A DNA stretch of 64,000 bases from the NCBI GenBank assembly GCA_963667195.1, contig OY762962.1, positions 1,048,883 to 1,112,882 of the forward strand, read 5' to 3'. Positions 25,766 through 36,451 of the stretch are shown here, one piece after another. Under the pieces are notes generated by a model. The model did not search any database and was not told the DNA's origin. It worked only from the letters and a program-made list of their open reading frames with translations. A program made the translations under genes and the position numbers. This DNA is from Christensenellaceae bacterium (GTDB lineage: Bacteria; Bacillota; Clostridia; Christensenellales; CAG-138). The stretch's first letter is position 1, and each line of letters opens with the position of its first letter.

Positions 25766-26014
25766 GCAGTTCCTCCTGACAGGGGTTATTCAACACATCT
25801 TTGCTGTTTGTCGATCAGTTCACGCGTATAAAACGCGCTTGATCCTCGTTTGTTCAAACGGCGATTCCGCAGGATATCTCGCTTTTTGAACGCATACACC
25901 TATTCTATCAGGAATTTTATGCATTGTGTGAAAATACCGCAAATATATGATTCTCCGCTCAGAAAACGCGCAAAACAAAAGCCGCGCGATTGCGCGGCTC
26001 TTTATCAAATCACA

Positions 26015-26641
26015 TTATCGAATGAAGTTTGTCATGACGCGTTTTTCGTCCTCCGGCAGCGGCACGGTGTCCTTGCCCGCCTCGATGAGCTTGAGGAGCC
26101 AAGCCATGCAGCGTGCGTTCTTCACGAGCGTCTGCATGCCCTCGCCGTCGCCTTCCACCTCGCCCTTTTCACGCCCGTACGCAATCGTCCAATACTGCGA
26201 CGGCGGAATCACCGTCTGCGCGAGATTGAGGTAGTTGTTGAGCTGGTGGACGACGTCCACCCCGCCCGCGCGGCGCACCACGGCGCAGCTTGTTGCCACC
26301 TTCAGGCGAAAATAGCGCGAGCTTGAATAAAACACGCGATCCAGGAATGACTTCATCGTGCCGGGAATTCCCGCGTAATACGTCGGGCAACCGAGGATAA
26401 AGCCATCCGCGTCACGCATCTTTTGCGCAACCTCGTTTACCAGATCGTCCGCAAAGACACATTTGTTTCCTTCGGATTTGGCGCAATGTCCGCAGGCGAT
26501 GCACCCGTGGATGCTCTGCTTGCCGATCTGGATGGTCTCGGTCTCGATGCCCTGCCGCTCCAGCTCGTCCGTCATTGCGCGGAGCGCCATGGTTGTGTTG
26601 CCGTTTGTACGCGGGCTGCCGTTGATTGCGATCACTTTCAT
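26015..26641 (-). CDS. flavodoxin-like fold NAD(P)H-dependent FMN reductase / iron-sulfur flavoprotein
   Basis: MKVIAINGSPRTNGNT... plus the Cys cluster HGCIACGHC; 208 aa. Confidence 0.8.
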   Translation of the reverse strand: MKVIAINGSPRTNGNTTMALRAMTDELERQGIETETIQIGKQSIHGCIACGHCAKSEGNKCVFADDLVNEVAQKMRDADGFILGCPTYYAGIPGTMKSFLDRVFYSSSRYFRLKVATSCAVVRRAGGVDVVHQLNNYLNLAQTVIPPSQYWTIAYGREKGEVEGDGEGMQTLVKNARCMAWLLKLIEAGKDTVPLPEDEKRVMTNFIR

Positions 26642-26683
26642 CTTGTGCGCTCCTTTTCTTTCGGTCGGTGGTTTTGTTTGGAA

Positions 26684-27250
26684 TCAGTTCAGCGGAAACG
26701 CGGAGATCTCGTCTCCCGTGACCATGAACGCGCTGCGCGCGAGCTTCGCCAGCGGGGTGTCGCTCTTGCTGTCGGAATAAAAGCCGTCGATCTGTGTTTC
26801 CGGCTCCGCTTCCCGCATGCGGCGCACCTTCTCCTCGCCGTGGCAATTCAAGCCCTCGTAAACACCCGTCTCGGGCACAACGCGCGAGGCGATCAGCGCG
26901 AGTCCCAGCCGATTCATCAGCGGCTCCAGTAAAAACTCCGGCGAGGCGGAGATGATTAGATCATCCTCCCGCTTCTGCGCAAAGTACCAATCCTTGAGGT
27001 TCTTGTCGTGCGTGAGCCAGAAGCGCTCCACCTCTTCGCGCACGTCCGGCACATGCCGAAGGTAGCGATAGAAGCGCTGCTTCACGCGGGTTTTATCCGC
27101 AAGCCCAAGCAGCATTGCGGCAAACCAGGGAGCGGCCGCAACCGCGCTAAGATAGGCGCGCGGAAATTTCGCCGCGCAGTGGCGAAAGAAATCCACGCTG
27201 GAATCCCCGCGATAGATCGTATTGTCAAAATCGTAGACGTTTCTCAGCAA
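26684..27250 (-). CDS. HAD superfamily hydrolase (subfamily IB-like)
   Basis: DxDxT motif YDFDNTIY near the N-terminus and a C-terminal Asp motif; 188 aa. Confidence 0.75.
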   Translation of the reverse strand: MLRNVYDFDNTIYRGDSSVDFFRHCAAKFPRAYLSAVAAAPWFAAMLLGLADKTRVKQRFYRYLRHVPDVREEVERFWLTHDKNLKDWYFAQKREDDLIISASPEFLLEPLMNRLGLALIASRVVPETGVYEGLNCHGEEKVRRMREAEPETQIDGFYSDSKSDTPLAKLARSAFMVTGDEISAFPLN

Positions 27251-27327
27251 GCATTGCCCTTTCCCGGTTTGGCCCGTATTGCTCCGGTCACCTCTTGGTT
27301 TTCGTTTTGTGTGCGACGCTCTCGTTA

Positions 27328-27999
27328 TTAGCAGATGCCGCAGTTGCCGGGATCGTTGAGTACCAGCTCCGGCACGCGCTTCGCGTCTCCCGTGATGCAG
27401 GTGGCGCCCGCGGCGAGAATCTCCTCCACCGAACGGAATCCCCAGTTGACGGAGACACAGCGCATGCCCGCGTTGTGCGCGAACTGCACGTCCACATCGG
27501 AATCCCCGACATAGACGGACTCCTCCGGCGTGACCCCGAAGAAGTTCATGATGAAGCGCAGCGCGTCCGGCGCGGGCTTGATGGCAAACTTGTCCATCCG
27601 CCCAAGCACCATGGAGAACAAATCCTTGGGATAGAGCGTTTCAATCACCTTCACGGTGTCCGTGTGTGGCTTATTGGAAGCGATGGCGACAGTGACGCCC
27701 GCGGCTTTGATCGCCTCGACTGCCTCAACCATGCCGTCGTAGGGATGCGAGCGGTCGAGGCTGTGCTCCTTATAGTGCGCCATATAGAGCTCCAGCACCT
27801 TACCCGATTGATCCTTCGCTTCCGGCGGCACGGCGTGCTCGCACATATAGTTGACGCTGTGGCCGACGATGGCGGCAACGCGCGACTCGGACAGCGCGGG
27901 AAAGCCACACGCCGCAAGCGCGTAGTTCAGGCTGTTGGTAAGGTCATGGAGGGTGTTGACGAGCGTTCCGTCAAGGTCGAATACGCAGAGTTTAACCAT
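27328..27999 (-). CDS. HAD family phosphatase (phosphoglycolate phosphatase-like)
   Basis: VFDLDGTLVNT, SNK and GDSDVD motifs; 223 aa. Confidence 0.85.
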   Translation of the reverse strand: MVKLCVFDLDGTLVNTLHDLTNSLNYALAACGFPALSESRVAAIVGHSVNYMCEHAVPPEAKDQSGKVLELYMAHYKEHSLDRSHPYDGMVEAVEAIKAAGVTVAIASNKPHTDTVKVIETLYPKDLFSMVLGRMDKFAIKPAPDALRFIMNFFGVTPEESVYVGDSDVDVQFAHNAGMRCVSVNWGFRSVEEILAAGATCITGDAKRVPELVLNDPGNCGIC

Positions 28000-28074
28000 G
28001 TTGCTTTTTACTATCCTTCTCGCTTAGTGCAAATCGTTCTAATCTAAAACATCCTGCGCCCAAGGCGCAAAACC

Positions 28075-28968
28075 TTATAGTCCCATCAAAATGCCAAACT
28101 GTCCAAGTACGACCAGCAGGGTTCCGAACACGGTTGCGCCGGGTTGCTTTTCCTTTTGAAAGATGCGCGCAAAGAGCATCACAAACACGCTCGTGAGCAC
28201 GCCGACGGGAGCAAGCTGGCTCATGTCTCCGCGCAGGGAGGCAAAGTAGGTTGCGGCATAGCTCCCCGCGAGGAACACCGCGGCAAAGAGCACGCCAAAC
28301 CACGCACGTGGGGTAAAGTCCTTGATCGTCTGCTGCTTTTTGCGCAGGAACACGAAAATCCAGAGGAAAACCGAGGCAAACGCCGCGCGCCAGAACTCGA
28401 ACACCTGAGAATTAAACGCCTCGCCCAGCATGCCGCGGCGCAGGAGCTGGGACCCCGCCGTCGCGAGCAGCGCAATTACCGCGTAGAGAAACCAAAGCTG
28501 GCTCTGAATCTGCTGGGAGCTGCTCTCGATAAACACGATGCCGAGCAGGATTAAGACCATGCAGCAGATCTTCCAAAGCCCCATCGGCGCACCAAAGAGA
28601 AAATGCGACACGGCGAGCGTCACGAGCGACGAGACCAGATAGACGGGCATCACCTTGCTCACCTTGCCGCCCGTGAGCGCGGTAAAGAGGCTCAGCCAGG
28701 CCAGCGCGGAGAGGAAGCCGCAGACCGCGATCCAGACAAACTGTAGCACGCTGAGCGCAAGCAGTCCCGCAAATCCGCCCGTGAGAAAGACATAGCCCGC
28801 AGAGGCAACCGTCAAAAGCAGCGCAAACAACGCAGACGCCGCGGAAGGGTCCGCGCGCTTTGCCGCGCTGCGAATCCAGCTTGGCACGCCGCCGAGCAGA
28901 ATCGTACTCGCCAGCGCGAGCGCAATCCAGATCAAGAGATTGCGGATTGCCAATGGGTCGATATCCAT
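28075..28968 (-). CDS. DMT/EamA-like transporter
   Basis: 297 aa with about 10 TM segments in two-halves symmetry. Confidence 0.65.
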   Translation of the reverse strand: MDIDPLAIRNLLIWIALALASTILLGGVPSWIRSAAKRADPSAASALFALLLTVASAGYVFLTGGFAGLLALSVLQFVWIAVCGFLSALAWLSLFTALTGGKVSKVMPVYLVSSLVTLAVSHFLFGAPMGLWKICCMVLILLGIVFIESSSQQIQSQLWFLYAVIALLATAGSQLLRRGMLGEAFNSQVFEFWRAAFASVFLWIFVFLRKKQQTIKDFTPRAWFGVLFAAVFLAGSYAATYFASLRGDMSQLAPVGVLTSVFVMLFARIFQKEKQPGATVFGTLLVVLGQFGILMGL

Positions 28969-29188
28969 ACGCTGCCTCCCGTTCGTTTCGCAAGGTATTG
29001 TATCATACCTGACGGGTTGCTACAACCGTTTGAGGCGTACTTACGGCGCGTGGTAACTGCCTCTGGGCGCGCTTTTCATTTCGCCGAGCACGCGATTATG
29101 GTATACTAAAAGGAAGTATTCCCCATATTGATTCCATTCTTCCAACGATCATCGCGCTCGATCCAATCTTGATTTGGAGGCACAAACC

Positions 29189-30439
29189 ATGTGCGATACG
29201 CTTGGCGTTTTACGCGGCTCTTATGCGCTCTTTGGAAAAAACAGCGACCGCAGCCCCAACGAGGCGCAGGTTACCGAGCTCTACCCCGCGCGCATCTATG
29301 ACGGCGACGAGGTCGCTTGCACCTACCGATTGATTCCGCAGGCGAAGGAGACGCTGAGCGTGCTGCTCTCCCGCCCGGTCTGGATGTGGGGCGCGGAGAT
29401 CGGCGTCAACGAAGCGGGCGTCGCCATCGGCAATGAGGCGGTGTTCACCAAAGGGAAATACGGCGCGCCTTCGCTGACGGGCATGGACTTGCTGCGCTTG
29501 GGGCTCGAACGCGCGGAGAGCGCGGAGCGCGCGGTCAACGTGATCATCGAGCTGCTGGAAACCTACGGTCAGGGCGGAAACTGCGGCTTCGACCACACGT
29601 TTTATTACGACAACTCGTTTCTCATCATGGATCGGGACACGCTCTTCATCCTCGAAACCTGCAATAAAAACTGGGTGGTAAAGAGCTTCTCGCGCGCCTC
29701 CATCAGCAACCGCCTCTCGATCGGTTCGGATGGCGAGCGCTACGGCGGCGGGGTTTGCGACTTTGCCAAGACGTATTCCGACCCGCTCTACAGCTACTTT
29801 TCCGGCAGCAAGCAGCGAAAGGCCGCAAGCGCCTGCGCACTGCCCACGGCGAACACGGAGCAGGATCTGATGCGCGCGCTGAGAGGCCACGACGCAGATG
29901 TGAAAAACCCGTTTGCGCAAGGTTCGGTTTCGAGCTGCTGCATGCACTACGGCGGCATGGTGGGAGACCACACGACCGCGAGCATGGTGATCCGCCTCGA
30001 TGGAAGTACACCGACCGTGTTCCTCACAGGAACGTCCACGCCTTGCGTCTCGCTCTATAAGCCCTATCGCTTCGGCAACCCCGTGCGGCTGCCCGTTGTT
30101 TCGCCCGGTGACGAGGCGGGCGCGCGCTATTGGCGGGAGCAGGAACTGTTCCGCCGTACGCTCGTCGGCAAAGTCGTTCCCGCGGAGTTTTACGCCGAGC
30201 GGGACGCGCTGGAGCAAAGCTGGCAAAAGGATGTTTCGCAGGACAGCGCGAGCATGGACGAGCTGCTCACCCGCGCGCTTGCCGAGGAAGCGGCGTTTTA
30301 CGCGAAGTATGATCCGGCGTCGTTTGAAACGGCACCCGTGAAGAAAGCGTTCGCGAAAAACTGGCAAAAGAAGAACGCGGTGTTTTCATCCATTTCCGCC
30401 AAGCAAGTAAAACCACAGGAGCAAGAGAATCAAGCATGA
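29189..30439 (+). CDS. C69 family dipeptidase / secernin-like Ntn hydrolase
   Basis: The ATG at 29189 is preceded by GGAGG. The N-terminus MCDTLGVL...FGKNSDRSPNEAQ places the nucleophile Cys right after the Met. Confidence 0.8.
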   Translation: MCDTLGVLRGSYALFGKNSDRSPNEAQVTELYPARIYDGDEVACTYRLIPQAKETLSVLLSRPVWMWGAEIGVNEAGVAIGNEAVFTKGKYGAPSLTGMDLLRLGLERAESAERAVNVIIELLETYGQGGNCGFDHTFYYDNSFLIMDRDTLFILETCNKNWVVKSFSRASISNRLSIGSDGERYGGGVCDFAKTYSDPLYSYFSGSKQRKAASACALPTANTEQDLMRALRGHDADVKNPFAQGSVSSCCMHYGGMVGDHTTASMVIRLDGSTPTVFLTGTSTPCVSLYKPYRFGNPVRLPVVSPGDEAGARYWREQELFRRTLVGKVVPAEFYAERDALEQSWQKDVSQDSASMDELLTRALAEEAAFYAKYDPASFETAPVKKAFAKNWQKKNAVFSSISAKQVKPQEQENQA

Positions 30440-31638
30440 CAGTTGACCCAAGACAGCAGCTGGAAGACGGCGTTTCCCACCTCGTAGACGAACGCAGGAT
30501 CATCAGCGGCATCGCCGTCTCGTACGGCGACCGCACGCGCAGCGAGGCGTTTTGCCGCGGAAATCTCCGCGAGGTGCGCCTCGAACACGGTATGTTTGTG
30601 CCGGATATCGAGCCGCTTAAGACGGATTCCGTCTTCGATCTCGCCTCGGTGACCAAGCTCTTCACCTGCATCGCGGTATTGCAGCTCATGGAGCGCGGCA
30701 AGCTCCGGCTCGACCGGACGCTTGGCAGCATCGACATGCGCTTTTCCCATATTCCGGATGTGACAATCGAGGACCTGCTGTGCTTTCGCGCACAGCTGCA
30801 AACCACCGCGCGAATGGACGCGGCTTCCTCCGCCGACGAAGCGGAAAAGCTGCTGTTCGACATTCGCCTTGGCCCACCCGCCACGCGAAAATATTACACC
30901 GACATGGGTTCCATGGTGCTCAAGTACGTCGTGGAGACCGTTTCCGACACGCTCTTTTGGGATTTTTTGCGGGAGAATATCGTTGTTCCGCTCGGCTTGA
31001 CGCGCACGTTTGCGGAGGTTCCGGCGGAGCTGCTGCCGCAAACCGTGGACTGCAACTATGAGCGGAGGATCGTCAACGGCGCGTTCTGGCTGGACACCGC
31101 CTGCCCGCCGGGGACGGTACACGACCCAAAGGCGCGGCTGCTCAACACCGCCCGACCCGCGCCCTGCGGACACGCGGGCGTGTTCGCGAGCCTCGACGAC
31201 ATGACCAAGCTAGCGCAGGGACTCTTGCAGGACGCGCTGCTGAGCCGGAAAACCCTGCTCGAAATCGGGGTCAACCGCACGGGCGGCAAGCTGCCGGACG
31301 GCACCGATTCCCAGTATATGGGCTATCTTTGCTACTCCAAGCAGCCGGATCAAACCTTCAGCGAGGTGCCCGCCTATTTCGGCCCGCGCACCATCGCGCT
31401 CAACGGCTTTACGGGCAACCATTTCTCCGTCGATCCGGAGAAGAACCAGTTCATGATTTTGCTGGCAAACCGCATCCACAACCGCGCCACGACGGTCACC
31501 GGACGCGCAAACCCGCTGGACAAGACGGAGACGATCCTCTGGGATGACGGCAAGACCTACATCGTTTCGCAAAACTTCGTCTACACGAAGGACAAATACC
31601 TCAAAAACCACATCGGGGATATCTTGGCGGGATATTGA
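30436..31638 (+). CDS. serine hydrolase, beta-lactamase/transpeptidase-like family
   Basis: SxxK motif in LASVTKLF. A 4-nt ATGA overlap with the upstream gene; 400 aa. Confidence 0.85.
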   Translation: MTVDPRQQLEDGVSHLVDERRIISGIAVSYGDRTRSEAFCRGNLREVRLEHGMFVPDIEPLKTDSVFDLASVTKLFTCIAVLQLMERGKLRLDRTLGSIDMRFSHIPDVTIEDLLCFRAQLQTTARMDAASSADEAEKLLFDIRLGPPATRKYYTDMGSMVLKYVVETVSDTLFWDFLRENIVVPLGLTRTFAEVPAELLPQTVDCNYERRIVNGAFWLDTACPPGTVHDPKARLLNTARPAPCGHAGVFASLDDMTKLAQGLLQDALLSRKTLLEIGVNRTGGKLPDGTDSQYMGYLCYSKQPDQTFSEVPAYFGPRTIALNGFTGNHFSVDPEKNQFMILLANRIHNRATTVTGRANPLDKTETILWDDGKTYIVSQNFVYTKDKYLKNHIGDILAGY

Positions 31639-31667
31639 GCATTTGACCGGCAAAACAGGAGAGAAAG

Positions 31668-32096
31668 ATGGATCGTAGGTTTTTTGTCGCCGTCAAGGCG
31701 CTCTTGTTTGACCAAGACAAGTTCCTGCTCGTCAAGCGTTCGGACAAAGCGCGTGACGAACACCACTACTGGGAACTGCCCGGCGGAAGAATGGAATTCG
31801 GCGAAGCCCCGGAAAACGCGTTGCAGCGAGAGTTAGTGGAGGAAACGGGACTTTCCGCCAACATCCTATGCCCGCTTCAAACATGGAGCTTTTTTCGAGA
31901 AGAAGAGACGCAGATCGTCGGCATTACGTTTTTATGTAAAGTCGAATCGAACAAGGTTCAATTATCCAATGAACACGACTCATTCGCGTGGGTTCGCTTC
32001 GACGAAATCACGCAGTACAACATCGTTCCAACCGTTCTCAGCGATCTCAAAAAACTCGATATGGGTGAGATCGATATCAAGCTGGATCGAGCATAA
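31668..32096 (+). CDS. NUDIX hydrolase
   Basis: NUDIX box GGRMEFGEAPENALQRELVEETGL; 142 aa. Confidence 0.9.
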   Translation: MDRRFFVAVKALLFDQDKFLLVKRSDKARDEHHYWELPGGRMEFGEAPENALQRELVEETGLSANILCPLQTWSFFREEETQIVGITFLCKVESNKVQLSNEHDSFAWVRFDEITQYNIVPTVLSDLKKLDMGEIDIKLDRA

Positions 32097-32200
32097 ACTT
32101 TTTCGTAAAGTCCAACGTTATTATTAAAGATAACACCAAGCAATCAAAAACCGACGCGCTGGTACAAGCGCGCCGGCTTTTTTTCGGTGCGGGGATTGCT

Positions 32201-33097
32201 TTATTCTGCCGCGTTCAGCTCCGCCGTGAGCCGCCGGGAGGCGCGCCGCTCAAACAGCAGGTTCAACGCAAGCCCTAACGCAACCAGCGCACCGCCGATG
32301 AGATTCGCGGTGGAAAACGCGCCGTCGAGCAGCGCATCTAGTAGTACGCCCGTGAACACCTGACCCACAAACATCAATAGCGTGATATAAAGCTGCGGAA
32401 TCTTCACGACAACGACGTTGCTCAGCCAAACCGTCGCAACCCCGATCGCGCCGCCGAGATACGACCACCAGTTTGGCGCGAGCGCGAGCCCCGCCCAAAC
32501 CGCCTCGCCTCTGCCAAAGAGCAGAAACACTGGAATCGCGGTCACAAGCCCGCAGACATAGTTGAAAAACGTGCTGACATACAGGCTGGTTTCACTCGCG
32601 AGGCGGGAATTATAGGAGCGCGAAATCACGAGCAGCAAACCGGAAAGGAACACCGCAAGCACGGGCAAAATCGGAAAGTCTCCGCCCATCATCCAGCCGA
32701 TGCCGCCCGCGACCAGCAAAAGCCCGGGGATTTGGTAGGCGCGAAACGGATGCTTCCGCATACCGAAGAGCCCAAGCTGATCCACGAGTACACCCGCCAC
32801 ACTCTGGCCGAAAAGCCCCAGCGCGAGGATCGCGGAAAGGCTGATCTTGCCAAACGCGAAGTTGACGCTCGCGGTGGTCGCAACGCCGAGCACGCCGCCA
32901 ATATAGAGATACCAGGGCAGGCACTTGGCAAACGGCTTTTCCCGCCGGAACAGGATGATGGCTCCGATGAGGATCAGCCCCACGATATGGATGATGACCG
33001 TCGCGGAATAGATCCCGTAAACCGTGGTGAGTCCACCGTTGAACGCGATCATGACCGCGACGAGAATGCCGATCAATAGCGATAGAAAATAATACAT
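32201..33097 (-). CDS. DMT superfamily membrane protein (tandem DUF606/YdcZ-like halves)
   Basis: Start taken at MYYFLSLLIG. About 10 TM segments with an internal duplication; 298 aa. Confidence 0.65.
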   Translation of the reverse strand: MYYFLSLLIGILVAVMIAFNGGLTTVYGIYSATVIIHIVGLILIGAIILFRREKPFAKCLPWYLYIGGVLGVATTASVNFAFGKISLSAILALGLFGQSVAGVLVDQLGLFGMRKHPFRAYQIPGLLLVAGGIGWMMGGDFPILPVLAVFLSGLLLVISRSYNSRLASETSLYVSTFFNYVCGLVTAIPVFLLFGRGEAVWAGLALAPNWWSYLGGAIGVATVWLSNVVVVKIPQLYITLLMFVGQVFTGVLLDALLDGAFSTANLIGGALVALGLALNLLFERRASRRLTAELNAAE

Positions 33098-33247
33098 AAC
33101 TGCTTCACTCCAAATCACACACCAATCCCGCAACGCGGCGGTTGCCGCTTGTTTCGATCGATGACACCCTGAGTATAGTTCCAACGCTTGACGCGGCATA
33201 TGACATATGTCACACTAAAGTAAATAATCGATTGCGAGGAAACCCGC

Positions 33248-33901
33248 ATGCAAAAGCAGAAATTGCCCGCGCAATACGCGCCTTCTCTCGCGGAATACGG
33301 TCTGGACTGGATCGATCCCGCCGCTGCGGTGCTGCTCAAATATGACCGCTGCGAGTGGATGCTGCGCGCGGAGCAGCCGATTGAGTATCTCTATATCATG
33401 CTTTCCGGCAAGGCAAAGGTCTGCATGAGCGACGAGAGCGGGCGAAACCTGCTGCTTTGTTATTATGTCTCCGAGGGTATGATGGGCGATATCGAGCTGC
33501 TAATGGGTCGCCACGAGGCGATTTCCTCCGTTCAGGCGGTGTCTACGGTGGTTTGCATCGGGCTGCCGCTGAGCGTTTACGCGCCGATGCTATTATCGAA
33601 TCTGTCGTTTGTGCTCCGCGCGGCGAAGGGGCTCGCCATCAAGCTGCACAACAGCGTCTCCAACACGACGGAGATCATCCTGCGCCCGTTTGAAACGCGG
33701 CTCTGCGAATATCTGCTGCAAAGCGCGCAAAACGGTGTGTTCTCCGAGCGATTGATCGACGTGGCGGAGCAGCTGGGCGTGAGCTACCGCCACCTCCTGC
33801 GCTCGCTCAAAGCGCTCTGCGAGGAGGGTCTTCTGGAAAAGCGGGCGGATGGGTATCATCTGCTAAACGAAGCAAAGCTGCGCGAAAAAGCCGCCGGATA
33901 A
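33248..33901 (+). CDS. Crp/Fnr family transcriptional regulator
   Basis: cNMP-binding-like beta-barrel followed by a C-terminal HTH (VAEQLGVSYRHLLRSLKAL); 217 aa. Confidence 0.8.
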   Translation: MQKQKLPAQYAPSLAEYGLDWIDPAAAVLLKYDRCEWMLRAEQPIEYLYIMLSGKAKVCMSDESGRNLLLCYYVSEGMMGDIELLMGRHEAISSVQAVSTVVCIGLPLSVYAPMLLSNLSFVLRAAKGLAIKLHNSVSNTTEIILRPFETRLCEYLLQSAQNGVFSERLIDVAEQLGVSYRHLLRSLKALCEEGLLEKRADGYHLLNEAKLREKAAG

Positions 33902-33935
33902 ACCGGCGGCCTTCGTTTTAGCGTAATGAAATTGC

Positions 33936-34697
33936 TCAACCCTTCGGCTTTACCGCGCGCGTGGCGACAAACGTGGGGATATGCATCTCGTGCAGCTTGC
34001 CGTAACCATTGTAGTCCTCAAACAGGTGCGTGAGCACGAACCCCGATTTGAGTTGACCGCCGACCTGCTCCTCAAACGTATGCGAAAACTGCACGCCATC
34101 GTCGGTCTTTTGCAGCTCCTCCATCAACGCGGGATCGCTTAGCGGGTCAAACGGCAGGCTGTGGCAAAGCGCGGTCTCTTCGTTGTCGAATAAGTAGTTG
34201 ATGCCGTTGTCCAGCCCCGCGAGCAGCACGCCGCCGGGCTTGAGGACGCGGAAGCATTCGCGCCAGAGCGGCTCCACCTCGCGAATATAGCAATTCGAAA
34301 CGGGATGTACGATCACGTCGAAGCTCTTATCCGCAAACGGCAGCGGCTTCGACATATCCGCGCGCACGATGTCGATTTCATACCCTTCTCGTGCGGAAAC
34401 CATCCGCTCACTTTCCAGCTGCCGCTCGGAATAGTCCAAAACGGTGCAAACCGCTCCCGCTGCCGCAAACAGCGGCATCTGCTGGCTTCCGCCGCAGGCG
34501 AGGCCGAGAAGCTTCTTTCCTTTTAAATCGGGAAACCAGTCCGCCGGAACAGGTTTCGTGGGCGTCAGCACGATGCTCCAATCCCCCGCCTTTGCCGCGA
34601 GAAACTGCTCGTGCGTAATGGGTCTACCCCATTCCCAATCGTTTTCGACCCAGCGGTCGATAGTCTTTGCGTTGATATCCTGATACGATTCACTCAT
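33936..34697 (-). CDS. class I SAM-dependent methyltransferase
   Basis: Motif I LLGLACGGSQQ and an acidic loop VLDYS; 253 aa. The start is 3 nt after the stop of the upstream membrane-protein gene. Confidence 0.85.
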   Translation of the reverse strand: MSESYQDINAKTIDRWVENDWEWGRPITHEQFLAAKAGDWSIVLTPTKPVPADWFPDLKGKKLLGLACGGSQQMPLFAAAGAVCTVLDYSERQLESERMVSAREGYEIDIVRADMSKPLPFADKSFDVIVHPVSNCYIREVEPLWRECFRVLKPGGVLLAGLDNGINYLFDNEETALCHSLPFDPLSDPALMEELQKTDDGVQFSHTFEEQVGGQLKSGFVLTHLFEDYNGYGKLHEMHIPTFVATRAVKPKG

Positions 34698-34700
34698 TGT

Positions 34701-36236
34701 TCAAAATCCTCCTGTCGGATGATCGGATTGCTGTTTTTGTTGCGCCATGTCCGCCTCCATCGCGGCATACAGACCGTTCTTGGCTTGCGTCCGCGCGGAG
34801 CCGGATTGCGGATGAAACGCGCTCTTTCGCTCCAAACCCGCGTCGGTTGGCGGAAGTTCGCCAAAGTTCAGCGCGCCGCGATTGACGCAGGACGCATATT
34901 TTCCGTGTTCTTTTGGCCTCGGCTCCGTGCCCACGATCGCGAACACGCCGAACGACGCGAGGATCATGAGAATTGGCATCCCCAGCGCGCGGGTAATCGC
35001 CTGCCGGTCGCTGAAAAGATGCGCCAGCACCCAGACGAGAAACACCATCAGCAGCAAATCGCCCGCGCCGCCGCGTCGCCGCAGCAGCCCTCCGATCCAC
35101 GCAAAGAGCAACACACCCGCGACAAAGAAGAAGTCCAGCAGGCGAATCCCCTGCGAAAACGGAGCGAGCGCCGAAGCGCGAAACGACACGGAATCCATCT
35201 CGCGGGAGAGTGCACTGTCCTTTTCCAGCCAGAGATGCGCGAGATTCTGATCGAGGCGAACCGGCTCGCCCTGCAGATCGTAGCCCTTTTGGAGCGTGTC
35301 CCAATCCAGCGAGTCCAGCAGCGCCTCGCCCTCCCGCGCCTGCAGCGCGGCGCCGGGCGCGGTCGCGCCCGAAAGATCCGCGTCGAGCGAGCCCCAGAGC
35401 GGAGACGCGAGCGAAACGATCCGCAGTGTGAAGAGCACCGCGCAAAATGCGAGCGCGAGCAGCATTAGCCGCCTCGGCTCACCCTCCTGCCGGAAGGACG
35501 AGAGCAGCAGAATCAACCAAAACACGCCGAACGCGAGAGCCACGAGCCAGACGGAAGCCAGCGCGACACCACAGGCAGCAAGCGCCAGCCCGCTGAGCGC
35601 GGAAAACGCGACTGCGCGACGCGCTTCAAGCGCCGCGAACGCCTCCAGCGCAAAGAGCACGGAGAGCAGCGCAAACAGCACCACAACCTGCATGACCGGC
35701 TGGTGCAGGCACGATATCATATTCGCGGGATACAGCGCAAACAAGAGCCCCGCCGCGGGCGCGCTTCCGTCGTCAAACCTCCGCGCGACAAGATAGACCA
35801 CCACGGCGCAGAGCGCGGAAACAACGCAGGCAAACAGCGCGGGTAGATTTCCTTCGAGAAGAAGCTCGGCAAGATTCAGCCGCGAAAACAGCTCGCCGCC
35901 AAATGCAGGCGCGCGAAGCGCAAGCAGGATGAAGATACGCGGCAACAGCGCCACAAGGAAGATCGCGCTCGCCCAGAGCGCGGGCATTCTCTTGACCCGG
36001 CAGTTCGCCCAGCGGATGAGAAACACCGCAGCGACCGCGAGCAGCAGGTAGCCAAGCAGCAGAAAGCCGAACATGGGAGTAGTGAAAAGCTCCCCATGCA
36101 GCAGATAGGCAAAGCGTTTGTAGCGAATCAGGATATATCCGCACACCACGAGAAACACAACCGTCACGAAGATCGACATCGTGCGCAGGAATCCCTGGTT
36201 TTTCTCGCGGTCAAAGAGCAGACTGTTTGGGCGCAT
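34701..36236 (-). CDS. large polytopic membrane protein of unknown function (possible GT-C-like)
   Basis: 511 aa with more than 10 TM segments and a hydrophilic C-terminal tail. It is coupled to the methyltransferase gene. Confidence 0.55.
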   Translation of the reverse strand: MRPNSLLFDREKNQGFLRTMSIFVTVVFLVVCGYILIRYKRFAYLLHGELFTTPMFGFLLLGYLLLAVAAVFLIRWANCRVKRMPALWASAIFLVALLPRIFILLALRAPAFGGELFSRLNLAELLLEGNLPALFACVVSALCAVVVYLVARRFDDGSAPAAGLLFALYPANMISCLHQPVMQVVVLFALLSVLFALEAFAALEARRAVAFSALSGLALAACGVALASVWLVALAFGVFWLILLLSSFRQEGEPRRLMLLALAFCAVLFTLRIVSLASPLWGSLDADLSGATAPGAALQAREGEALLDSLDWDTLQKGYDLQGEPVRLDQNLAHLWLEKDSALSREMDSVSFRASALAPFSQGIRLLDFFFVAGVLLFAWIGGLLRRRGGAGDLLLMVFLVWVLAHLFSDRQAITRALGMPILMILASFGVFAIVGTEPRPKEHGKYASCVNRGALNFGELPPTDAGLERKSAFHPQSGSARTQAKNGLYAAMEADMAQQKQQSDHPTGGF

Positions 36237-36451
36237 GCGCCGGCTCCTTATTCATATGTTTTCACGAGTGTATTCGCTGGTAGTATACGTGATATCGGTG
36301 ATCCGCGTCAAATGTTACGTTGTAATATGTCAGGCGTGATGGGCGTTTCTGTGTGCAAGTCACGGTATCGTTACACCGCGTTCGTTGCTTTTTCGCCGTA
36401 GCTTCGTTATACTAATATTACTTTTTGAGCGAATCATGGAGGTTTTTTCTG

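Noticed and set aside
25766-26014. Possible ArgR (ARG box) operator upstream of arcA (for example the aattttatgcatt region).
   Set aside because: There is only loose A/T-rich resemblance to the ARG-box consensus. No clear paired 18-bp boxes exist, so it cannot be supported without a position-weight-matrix scan.
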